Assembly: GCA_041496545.1 (NCBI GenBank)
Contig: JBGQET010000003.1
Location: 21,208-85,207, forward strand
Origin: Candidatus Binatia bacterium
GTDB lineage: Bacteria > Desulfobacterota > Binatia > DP-6
DNA: 64,000 nucleotides
Direction: 5' to 3'
The stretch's first letter is position 1. Each line of letters opens with the position of its first letter. The notes below the pieces were generated by a model, which saw only the letters and a program-made list of their open reading frames with translations, had not been told where the DNA came from and searched no databases. The position numbers and the translations under genes were made by a program. Positions 28,022 to 35,975 of the stretch are shown here, one piece after another.

Positions 28022-28969
28022 ATGCGCGTCTACCGGGGGCGCTTCGCGCCCTCCCCGACCGGCGACCTCCACCTGGGCTCCGCCGCCGCCGCGCTGGTCG
28101 CGTGGGGGTCGGCGCGGGCGTGCGAGGGTGCGCTCGTGCTGCGGGTCGAGGACCTCGACCGCCCGCGCGTCGTGCCCGGCGCCGAGCGCCGGCAGCTCGA
28201 CGACCTCGCCTGGCTGGGTCTCGACTGGGACGAAGGGCCCGACCGGGGCGGCCCGCACGCGCCGTACCGGCAGTCCGAGCGCGGCGAGCACTACCAAGCC
28301 GCGATCGCGGCGCTGGCCCGCCGCAACCTCGTCTACCTCTGCGACTGCTCGCGCGCCGACATCGCGCGCGTGGCGAGCGCACCGCACCCGGGCGACGAGG
28401 GGCCGCGCTACCCGGGCACGTGCCGCGATCACGGGATGGGGCCCCGGGAGTGGAAGCGGCCGCCCGCCGTCCGGCTCCGCGTCCCCGACCGGGACGTGGT
28501 CGTGCACGACGCGCTCCAGGGCGAGGTGCGCCAGAACGTCTGGCGGACGGTCGGCGACTTCGTGCTGCGCCGGGGCGACGGCGTCCACGCCTATCAGCTC
28601 GCGGTCGTCGTCGACGATCTCGCCATGGGCGTCACGGAGGTCGTGCGCGGCACGGATCTCCTCGCCTCCGCGCCCCGCCAGGCGCTGCTCGCCGAGCTGC
28701 TCGGCGGCACGCCGCGGGGCTTCGCGCATCTGCCGATGATCGTCGGGCCCGACGGCACACGGCTCGCCAAGCGCGGGGGCGACGTCACGCTGCGCGAGCT
28801 GCGCGCCGCCGGCACCTCCGCCGAGACCGTCGTCGGACGGCTGGCGTACGCGCTCGGGCTGGCGGACGCGGGCGCGCGGTCGGCCCGCGCGCTCCTCGCG
28901 CGCTTCGACCGCGACCGACTCCGCGGCCGCGTCGCGGCGCCGCTCAGCTCCGGGGCGGCGGCAGGGTGA
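28022..28969 (+). CDS. gluQ: tRNA glutamyl-Q(34) synthetase GluQRS
   Basis: Truncated GluRS catalytic domain: GRFAPSPTGDLHLGS (HIGH-like), the CDC...C zinc site, and no anticodon-binding domain. About 315 aa. The ORF-track N-extension is ignored. Confidence 0.85.
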   Translation: MRVYRGRFAPSPTGDLHLGSAAAALVAWGSARACEGALVLRVEDLDRPRVVPGAERRQLDDLAWLGLDWDEGPDRGGPHAPYRQSERGEHYQAAIAALARRNLVYLCDCSRADIARVASAPHPGDEGPRYPGTCRDHGMGPREWKRPPAVRLRVPDRDVVVHDALQGEVRQNVWRTVGDFVLRRGDGVHAYQLAVVVDDLAMGVTEVVRGTDLLASAPRQALLAELLGGTPRGFAHLPMIVGPDGTRLAKRGGDVTLRELRAAGTSAETVVGRLAYALGLADAGARSARALLARFDRDRLRGRVAAPLSSGAAAG

Positions 28970-29849
28970 GACGGATCCCGGCCTGACGCTCGATCAGCTC
29001 GACGAGGTCGGTGAAGTCGCGCTCGCCGAGCCCCGCGCCGACGGCCGCCACGAGCGCTTGCGCCACCTGCGCGGCGATCGGCGTAGGGACGCCGCTCTCG
29101 CGTGCCACGTCCAGCAGCAGGCCGGCGTCCTTCGCCGCGAGTGCGAGGGCGAACTGCGTCGGCCGGCCGCGCTGGTTGATGCCCTCGACCATCCGCTCGG
29201 TGAAGAAGTTGCCTGCCCCGCCGGTCCGGATCACGTCGATCATCGTCCGCAGGTCGATGCCGGCCCGGGAGGCGACCGCGAGCCCTTCCAGCGACACGCA
29301 GGTGGCGGCGAAAGCGAGCAGGCTGTTCACGAGCTTCGCCGTGTTGCCGAGACCCAGCGACCCGACGTGGAAGGTGGCGCGCCCGAGCTTCTGGAAGAAC
29401 GGCAGGCAGCGCTCGTAGACGGCACGGTCGCCCCCGACCATGAAGACCAGCAAGCGCGCTTGTGCGCCCGGCGCCCCGCCCGTGAGCGGCGCCTCGAGGA
29501 GATGGCGCCCCGCGGCCGCAAGCCGCGCGCCGACGGCGCGGATGGTGCTGGGCGCGTTGGTGGAGAGGTCGACCAGCACCGCGTCGCGTGTCGCGCCCGC
29601 CAGCCACGCCTGGGCGACGGCCTCCATCACCTCGGGCGTCGGGAGCGAGGTGAACGTGACCTCGCTCCGCGCCGCGACCTCCGCCGGCGACGACGCCGAC
29701 TGCGCGCCGGCACGCACCAGCGTCGCGACGCGCGCCGGGTCGACGTCGTGCACCGTCACCCGGTGCCCGTCCGCCACCAGGTTGGCGGCGATCGCCCCGC
29801 CGATGTTGCCCGCGCCGATGACCCCCAGGTGTCTCGCGTCCGCGCTCAT
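28944..29849 (-). CDS. NAD(P)-dependent oxidoreductase, 3-hydroxyisobutyrate dehydrogenase/6-PGDH NAD-binding family
   Basis: GVIGAGNIGGAIAANL Rossmann motif, HIBADH-like catalytic region (GxxGxGxxxKLxNN). 301 aa. Confidence 0.85.
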   Translation of the reverse strand: MSADARHLGVIGAGNIGGAIAANLVADGHRVTVHDVDPARVATLVRAGAQSASSPAEVAARSEVTFTSLPTPEVMEAVAQAWLAGATRDAVLVDLSTNAPSTIRAVGARLAAAGRHLLEAPLTGGAPGAQARLLVFMVGGDRAVYERCLPFFQKLGRATFHVGSLGLGNTAKLVNSLLAFAATCVSLEGLAVASRAGIDLRTMIDVIRTGGAGNFFTERMVEGINQRGRPTQFALALAAKDAGLLLDVARESGVPTPIAAQVAQALVAAVGAGLGERDFTDLVELIERQAGIRLTLPPPRS

Positions 29850-29894
29850 CGCGAGGGCGCGCGTACCACAGACCGCGCGCCGCTCACAAGGCGG

Positions 29895-32168
29895 TCACGG
29901 TCCCTTGCAGATGTCGCTCGACACCAGGCACGAGGCAGCACCCGGCCACGTACCGCACGTGGTGATCCGGCTGGGAATCGTGCTCTTGAACAGGATGTCG
30001 TAGAGAGGCTGCGCGCCGGTGAAGGCGACGCCGAGCGAGACGACCGTGGTCGTTTGGCCCTCCGAGCAGCAGGGGCCCGTCGCCGGCATGCCGGTCAGGC
30101 TCTGGGGCCCTTGCGGTCCGGAGCCGGCGCGCGAGCAGCCGTCGGCGTTCTGATCGGCGAACTGGGCCGTACCCGTGCCCGTCGTGGGAGTCAGGATGAA
30201 GTCGAATTGTGTGACGACGGTATCGCCCGCGCCCACGTCGAAGTCGGTGGCGCAGTCGGTGGCCAGATCCCCGCTGCCGGTACTGTCCTGCCACGTGGTC
30301 GAGCGGACGGGGATGCCGAGCTGCGTGTTGACGCCGGGTGCGCCGGGCCCGCTTCGCGTGGTGATGATGCGGCCCATCGAGTTCGCGCCGGCCCCGGCCT
30401 GTGACGTGTCGCACGGCCCCTTGTCCGGCAGCGTCACGCACGTCTGCACGCTGACGCAGCACCCCGGACACGTCGCGCCGGGGCACCCGGTGGTCGCGGC
30501 GGTGCTGTCGGTCGTGCAGTACAGACCGGTGCGCGTGCCCGCGTTGCACGTGCGGCAGTCGGGGTTGGCGGTGCAGAAATGGCCGTTCGCGGAGGTGTCG
30601 GCGGAGCACCGCTTGATGCCCGCGCACGGGCATCGGAAGGTCGGATCTCCAGAGCACGAGCCGGCCAGGGTGTCGCAGGGCGCCGTGGTGGGATCGCAGA
30701 GGCCGTCGCGCGTGTCGCCGCTGTGCGTGATGTTCGCGGTCACCGTGGCGCCGGGCGCCGCCGCATCCCACACCGTCCCGCTGCCGAACGTTCCGCCGGA
30801 CTCGCACCCCTGCGGCTCGACCTTGGAACAGAAGTTCAGGGGCGGGATGGTGAAGATGGGCACGAAGAAGCCGGCGAAGGGCACGATGGCGTCGTGCTTG
30901 CAGTCGGCGTCGGGGGGCCCGGCGTCGATCGTGGTCACCACGCCGAGCGGGAAGGTGAACGGCGGCAGCGTGGAGACCCCCAGCGTGCCGTCCGACAAGC
31001 ACGTGCCGCCGCCCGGGCAGTCGCCGTCGTCGAGGCAGGGCGTCCGTCCGAGGCAGGTGTTCCCCGTGCCGCAGATGGAGTCGGTCTGGCACGTCGTCGT
31101 GGCGTCGTTGCTGCAGTGACCCAGGCAGCGGCCAGTGCTCTGGGTGATGATGCGCATCGGACCGCAGCACCCTGGGGGAATGGTGATCGTGGTCGTGCTG
31201 GTCGAGGTGGTCGTGGTGGTGGAGGTGCTGGTGGTCGTCGGGGGCGCGTCCTTGGTCGCGGGCAGGCACAGCTCCTTCACGACCTTCACGTCGAGGTACG
31301 CGTCGCCGAGGTTCGCGTTGCGGGTGCCGGCCTTGCGGCCCGCGAACTTCGGCTGGGGAGGCGTCTTCGCGGGATGGACCAGATAGCAGACCAGGTGCCC
31401 GTAGGGGTCGACCGTCCCCTCCCCTTCCTTGTCGACGGGCGTGCAGAGCTTTGTCGGCTTGACGACGTCGTACGCGAAGCCCGCCGGGCTCGAGAAGTCG
31501 TCCTTCACCGTCACCTGCGTCGGCGCGAAGGCCGGCATCTTGTTGTCCCTGATCTTGTAGCACTTGAAGTTGTTCACACCCGAAGCGTCTCCGGGCGGCG
31601 TCCCGAGCGGAGGCAGCGGGCTCGGCAGGCAGATCTTCGCGGCCGGGTCGCAGACGCGCCCGCTCGGCGGGCAGACGTTGGCGGTGTCCGGCGACTTGCA
31701 CTTGGTGGGAGCCCCGAGGTCCGTCTCGAGCGAGCGCACAAGCAGCGAATCCGGAGCGATCGCGTTCAGCTTCAGCGTGCCGAACTGGTCGAAGGTGAGG
31801 TGCGGCACCGTCTTGTAGCCGGTGTCCTCTTTCTCGGGCGCGGTGTTCTTGAGCTGATAGCCCACCATGTAGACGCTGCTGTGGACGGGCGTGAACACGG
31901 AAGCGCCGTGCGTCTTGGTGGCGGGGTTGCAGACGCTGAGGATCCGGAAGGCGTCGTAGTGCTTGCCCGTCTCGAACTGGTCGCTCAGCAGGATGTTCGA
32001 CTTGACGGGCTTCAGGATGGGCGGCGTGTTGGCCGGGACCTTCGCGACCACCACCTTGTAGCAGAGGTAGTGATCGCCCGGGACGTCGACCGCGCGGGCC
32101 CCCAGGGGACCGCCGAGCAGAAATGCGACCACCGACACCGATCTGATTGCGCCGCCTGCGTGTCTCAT
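29895..32168 (-). CDS. large secreted protein, paralog A: repeated CY/LCxPxxK N-terminal modules + Thr/Ser linker + Cys-rich C-terminal domain
   Basis: AGGAGG RBS. Signal peptide. Four N-terminal modules with xCYKxxx ... LCxPxxK. A TTTSTSTTTTTSTSTTT linker. The roughly 430-aa Cys-rich C-terminal domain is shared with the 32306..35581 gene. No family recognised. Confidence 0.8.
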   Translation of the reverse strand: MRHAGGAIRSVSVVAFLLGGPLGARAVDVPGDHYLCYKVVVAKVPANTPPILKPVKSNILLSDQFETGKHYDAFRILSVCNPATKTHGASVFTPVHSSVYMVGYQLKNTAPEKEDTGYKTVPHLTFDQFGTLKLNAIAPDSLLVRSLETDLGAPTKCKSPDTANVCPPSGRVCDPAAKICLPSPLPPLGTPPGDASGVNNFKCYKIRDNKMPAFAPTQVTVKDDFSSPAGFAYDVVKPTKLCTPVDKEGEGTVDPYGHLVCYLVHPAKTPPQPKFAGRKAGTRNANLGDAYLDVKVVKELCLPATKDAPPTTTSTSTTTTTSTSTTTITIPPGCCGPMRIITQSTGRCLGHCSNDATTTCQTDSICGTGNTCLGRTPCLDDGDCPGGGTCLSDGTLGVSTLPPFTFPLGVVTTIDAGPPDADCKHDAIVPFAGFFVPIFTIPPLNFCSKVEPQGCESGGTFGSGTVWDAAAPGATVTANITHSGDTRDGLCDPTTAPCDTLAGSCSGDPTFRCPCAGIKRCSADTSANGHFCTANPDCRTCNAGTRTGLYCTTDSTAATTGCPGATCPGCCVSVQTCVTLPDKGPCDTSQAGAGANSMGRIITTRSGPGAPGVNTQLGIPVRSTTWQDSTGSGDLATDCATDFDVGAGDTVVTQFDFILTPTTGTGTAQFADQNADGCSRAGSGPQGPQSLTGMPATGPCCSEGQTTTVVSLGVAFTGAQPLYDILFKSTIPSRITTCGTWPGAASCLVSSDICKGP
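31195..31270. repeat. coding low-complexity (ACC/ACG)n tract encoding the Thr/Ser linker of paralog A
   Basis: The plus strand reads ggtcgtggtggtggaggtgctggtggtcgtcgg..., which translates on the minus strand as TTTSTSTTTTTSTSTTT. Confidence 0.8.
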
Positions 32169-32196
32169 GAGGACGAGCCTCCTAGTTAGTTTGGAG
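32169..32196. promoter_or_regulatory. hairpin sequestering the AGGAGG RBS of paralog A
   Basis: On the mRNA (minus) strand: GAGCCTCC-aaactaacta-GGAGGCTC, an 8-bp stem with a 10-nt loop. The 3' arm contains the AGGAGG RBS 8 nt upstream of the ATG at 32168. Confidence 0.5.
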
Positions 32197-32291
32197 GCTC
32201 AGCTAACACGCGTGGGGTGCGACCCACAAGAGCTCTCGCGCTCGCCGGGCCTATGATCGGCCGGAACGCGTCCCCGGTCGCATGCTCGAAT

Positions 32292-32305
32292 GGAACAATT
32301 GTTCC
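32292..32305. promoter_or_regulatory. 14-bp perfect palindrome GGAACAATTGTTCC immediately after the stop of paralog B, upstream of paralog A
   Basis: Perfect dyad symmetry with an AT-rich centre in an otherwise GC-rich intergenic region. Operator-like. Confidence 0.5.
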
Positions 32306-35300
32306 TCACTGCCCCTGGCAGGGGTCGGTCGTCAGAGTACAGGAACCTGGAACGAACGAGCCGCAGGCGGTGATCTTCGTCGGGATGGTGCTGGCGAAGG
32401 TCAGGTCGAAGAGCGGCGGGCCGCCGCTGGGCGCGGTGCCGACGGAGACGACCGTCGTCGTCTGCCCGACGGTGCAACCCGGGCCAGCCGCGGGGGCGCC
32501 GGTCAGCGAGACCGGGCCGTCGGGGCCGGAGCCGGAGCGGAAGCAGCCGTCGCCGTTCTGATCCTTCCACTCCGCGGTGGCGACGGCGGAGCTCGGACGC
32601 AGCACGAAGTCGAACTGGGTGATCGGCAGGTCGCCGCTTCCGCTGTCGAAGCCGGTCTGGCAGGACGAGAGCTGATCGCAGGTCTCGCCCGCCGGGCAGT
32701 TGGTGCTGGCCCCGGAGCACTTGCACGTGCCGGTGCCGATATCGCACGCCGTACCCGGGCACTGGGTGTCCAGGGTGCAGGCGACGCCGCTCCCGTGGGT
32801 GCAGTGGAACGGCGTGGACTCCTGCCAGGTCGTGGAGTGCACGGGGATGTTGACCTGGGTGTGGACGCCGGCCGTGCCGGCCGGGGTGCGGGTGATGATG
32901 GTGCGGGCCTTCGAGTTGTTGCCCGCGCCCGGCTTGGTCAGGTCGCAGGTGCCCTTGGCGCCCAACGTGTCGCAGGTGAGCGCCGCGACGTTGGTACAGC
33001 AGCCGGGGCAGGTGGCGCCGGCGCCGCAGCCGGTGATGCCGTTGGTGGTGTCCGAGGTGCAGAAGAGCCCCGCCCGCGCGCCCGAGGCGCACTTGAAGCA
33101 ACCACCCAGGATCGTGCTGCCGGTGCAGGATTTCCCGACGCTCGAGTGGTCGTTGGAGCAGCGCTTCTGATTCGTGCAGTCGCCGTTTCCGGCGCAAGGC
33201 CAGGACGCGTCGCTGGCGCAGGTTCCGGCGCTGCTGGAGCACTGCGTGGCCGGGTCGCAGGTCCCGTCCGCCGTGTCGGTGCTGAGCTTGATGCTCGCCG
33301 TGACCGCGCTGGGCGGTGCGGTGGAATCCCAGACCGTCCCGTTCCCGTCGGCGCCGCCGGCGGCGCAGCCGCTGTTGACGACCTGGGAACAGTAGTTGAG
33401 GGCCGAGATGAAGAAGATCGGCACGTTGAAGTTGCCCGCCTGGATGATCGCCGGATGGGCACAGTTCGCGTCGGCGGGGCCCGCGTCCACGGTGGTGAGG
33501 ACGCCCAGCGGGAAGGGGAAGGCCGGCAGCGAGTCCACCGTCAAGCTGCCGCCCGAGATGCACGTCTCACCTCCGGGGCATCCCGCGTTGTCGAAGCAGG
33601 TCGTTCCCATCGACGTGCTGCAGTGACCCGTGCTCTGCGTCGTGATGCGGACCGGCGCGCTGCACGCGAGCGTCGTGGTGGTGGTGCTGGTCGTGGTGGT
33701 GGTCGACGCCGTCGTGGTCGTGGTGGGGTGCGTGGTGGTGGTCGTCGGCTGCGTCGTGGTGGTGGTCGACGTCGTCGTGGAGGTGGTGGGCAACACCTTC
33801 TTGTAGGTGGCGATCGCGGCCGACCAGCGGTGCCCCGTGGTGAGCGTCGCCGTCGTGCGGTATTGCCCCATCGCCGAGACGACCTTGAAGCCGGAGAAGA
33901 TGCTGGCCGGGATCTGGCCGCCGCTCGTCGGGTTCCGCGACACGGGCAGCTCGGTGAAGCTCTGTCCCTGGATGAACGTCATCGTGGTCGGCGCCTCGAC
34001 GCCGATCGCGCTGATCAGCAGCTCGTCGTTCATCGTCGTGACCGCGGTGTACCCCGAGTCGGGGAACTTGTCGTTGTCCCAGCCGTCGGAGGTGCGGTCG
34101 AGCATGTTGATGTTCTTGAACTCGTTGACGCTCACCGCCTTGGTGTGGGTGAGCGGGTGGTTCACCGTCACCATGTTCCCCGTCTGCAGCGCCTTCACGT
34201 TGTGCGCGGCGCAGACGATGGTCCGAACGCCGCGGCGGTCGAGGCCGACGTTCGTGTCGACGTCCAGGGTGTAGACGTTCCCCTGCGTGTCGGAGCAGCT
34301 CACCATGCCGTCCATGGGGTCCATGGCGAAGGTGACGATGATGCTGTCCCCCGCCGTGACACCCGGCGCCGGCACGGTGACCAGGGTGGCGGTGCTGTCC
34401 GTCACGTCGTGGGCGACGCCGATGTTGCGCACCAGCATGGGCGGCATCGGCATCATCGTGGTGGTGGTCGTGCTCGTGGTGGTCGCGGTGGTGGTCGCGT
34501 GCGTCGTGGTCGAGGACGTCGTCGCGGTGGTGGTCGCGTGCGAGGTGGACGTCGTCGTCGTGACGCTCGTCGAGGTCGTCGGCGCGTGGGTGGTGGTGGT
34601 CGTCGTCACACACGCCGAGTCGTCGATGCGGCAGCCGAAGCAGCGCCGGCAGTCCGGGCTGTTGGCCGGCGTCTGGATGAGAGCGCCCATGCAGCTCGTG
34701 ATCGCGCCCGTGGCGCTCCCGGCCGGCAGACACTCGCAGGTCTCGCCGCACTCCGACTCGATGACCGCATCGCCGCACTCGCCCTCGCACACCGAGCCGA
34801 GCGGTGCGTCCTTGCCCGCGGGCACGCACAGCTCGATCGCTCCTCGCGCCTTCAGCACCGCGTAGTGGAAGTCGGCGTTGTCGATGGCCACCACGCGGCC
34901 GGCGGACGGCCCTCGGCGCGGGACCCGCTGCGCCTCGTAGCAGAGGAGGTGCTGGGGGTGGTCGGCCGCCGACCCACCCGTGCCGGCCTTGTCGGTCGGC
35001 GCGCAGAGCCTCGTGATGCGCTGCAGGCGGAAGACCGCCGAGCCGAACCGGTCCGTGACCAGCGGCGGCTTCGGGCGGCTGAACCGCGTGCGGCGTTGCT
35101 TGCGGGCGAGATAGCAGGTGAACTCGTCGACGCCGGTGTCGATCGGCGGCTTGGGATCCCCGAGGCTACCCTCGGCGCCCATCGCCGATGGAGCCAGCAA
35201 CCGCTCCGGTCGCAGCACCGTGATCGGATGGCGGCCGAAGAGGTCGAAGGCAACGTGGTTGCTGCGGGCGAAGCGCGCGCCGCTCAACCGGTAGCCGACC

Positions 35301-35581
35301 AGCGACACCTTCGGGTGGCGCGGCTGCGCGCCCTGATCCTTGCGTGCCGGATTGCAGAGCGACACGATCCGCCGCACGCGGTACGTCGCCTTTCCGAACT
35401 TGTCCTCCAGCACGCGACTCGTGGGCGCAAAGCTCGGACCGTCGCCGGTCGCGGCCGCCGTGTAGCACAGATACGGATCGACCGGCGTCTCCACCCGCCC
35501 CTCCGCGGTGAGGGCGTAGGCGGCGTACGCCAGCACGGCCACGCCAACGAGGCGAAGGACTCCTCTTTGATCAGTCGTCAC
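32306..35581 (-). CDS. large secreted protein, paralog B: same N- and C-domains as paralog A with an extra ~230-aa middle domain between two Thr-rich linkers
   Basis: GTG start with AAGGTG RBS. A hydrophobic N-terminus. The C-terminal 430 aa aligns block-by-block with paralog A (RITTQSTG.C, FPFPLGV.TT.DAGP.DA.C.H, CPGCC, TIITR, VHTQVNIPV, QFDFVLRP, GQTTTVVS.G). Confidence 0.8.
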   Translation of the reverse strand: MTTDQRGVLRLVGVAVLAYAAYALTAEGRVETPVDPYLCYTAAATGDGPSFAPTSRVLEDKFGKATYRVRRIVSLCNPARKDQGAQPRHPKVSLVGYRLSGARFARSNHVAFDLFGRHPITVLRPERLLAPSAMGAEGSLGDPKPPIDTGVDEFTCYLARKQRRTRFSRPKPPLVTDRFGSAVFRLQRITRLCAPTDKAGTGGSAADHPQHLLCYEAQRVPRRGPSAGRVVAIDNADFHYAVLKARGAIELCVPAGKDAPLGSVCEGECGDAVIESECGETCECLPAGSATGAITSCMGALIQTPANSPDCRRCFGCRIDDSACVTTTTTTHAPTTSTSVTTTTSTSHATTTATTSSTTTHATTTATTTSTTTTTMMPMPPMLVRNIGVAHDVTDSTATLVTVPAPGVTAGDSIIVTFAMDPMDGMVSCSDTQGNVYTLDVDTNVGLDRRGVRTIVCAAHNVKALQTGNMVTVNHPLTHTKAVSVNEFKNINMLDRTSDGWDNDKFPDSGYTAVTTMNDELLISAIGVEAPTTMTFIQGQSFTELPVSRNPTSGGQIPASIFSGFKVVSAMGQYRTTATLTTGHRWSAAIATYKKVLPTTSTTTSTTTTTQPTTTTTHPTTTTTASTTTTTSTTTTTLACSAPVRITTQSTGHCSTSMGTTCFDNAGCPGGETCISGGSLTVDSLPAFPFPLGVLTTVDAGPADANCAHPAIIQAGNFNVPIFFISALNYCSQVVNSGCAAGGADGNGTVWDSTAPPSAVTASIKLSTDTADGTCDPATQCSSSAGTCASDASWPCAGNGDCTNQKRCSNDHSSVGKSCTGSTILGGCFKCASGARAGLFCTSDTTNGITGCGAGATCPGCCTNVAALTCDTLGAKGTCDLTKPGAGNNSKARTIITRTPAGTAGVHTQVNIPVHSTTWQESTPFHCTHGSGVACTLDTQCPGTACDIGTGTCKCSGASTNCPAGETCDQLSSCQTGFDSGSGDLPITQFDFVLRPSSAVATAEWKDQNGDGCFRSGSGPDGPVSLTGAPAAGPGCTVGQTTTVVSVGTAPSGGPPLFDLTFASTIPTKITACGSFVPGSCTLTTDPCQGQ
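33661..33790. repeat. coding Thr-codon repeat tract (linker 2 of paralog B)
   Basis: gtggtggtgctggtcgtggtggtggtcgacg... encodes PTTSTTTSTTTTTQPTTTTTHPTTTTTASTTTTTSTTTTT. Confidence 0.8.
34441..34620. repeat. coding Thr-codon repeat tract (linker 1 of paralog B)
   Basis: Encodes TTTTTTHAPTTSTSVTTTTSTSHATTTATTSSTTTHATTTATTTSTTTTT. Confidence 0.8.
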
Positions 35582-35975
35582 GGTTGCACCTTCCCGCGTC
35601 GGTGGTTACGCGACCCGCCACGACATCGTCAAGAAATTTCTCCTGTTTGCCTCCTCTCTACGCGTTCAACACAGCGCCCGCCACAGCAGCGCCATACGTA
35701 TGTCTCCATCGACCAGCTCACCACGCAGCGCACCTCACACCACCTCACGCTGCGAAGCATGCAGCGCGTGAGCGCACGCACCTCGTCTCGACGAACGGCG
35801 ATGCGCGCGCAGCGCGCGAGCCAACGTCCCGAAGGCGCGACGCGAGCCGCGAAGAGTAACCGGACGCGGCTTTGCCGCAGCCGGCGCGGGGTCTGGGGGC
35901 GCGCGGCAGAGCCGCGCGGGAGTCAGTCCGCAGGCGCGCGGAGCGCGCCGAGCGCCGGACGGGCCCCCGGATGCG

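Noticed and set aside
35584-35859. 91-aa ORF in the 394-bp intergenic region upstream of paralog B
   Set aside because: It has no RBS, His/Ala/Pro-rich low-complexity translation, and it lies in a likely promoter region.
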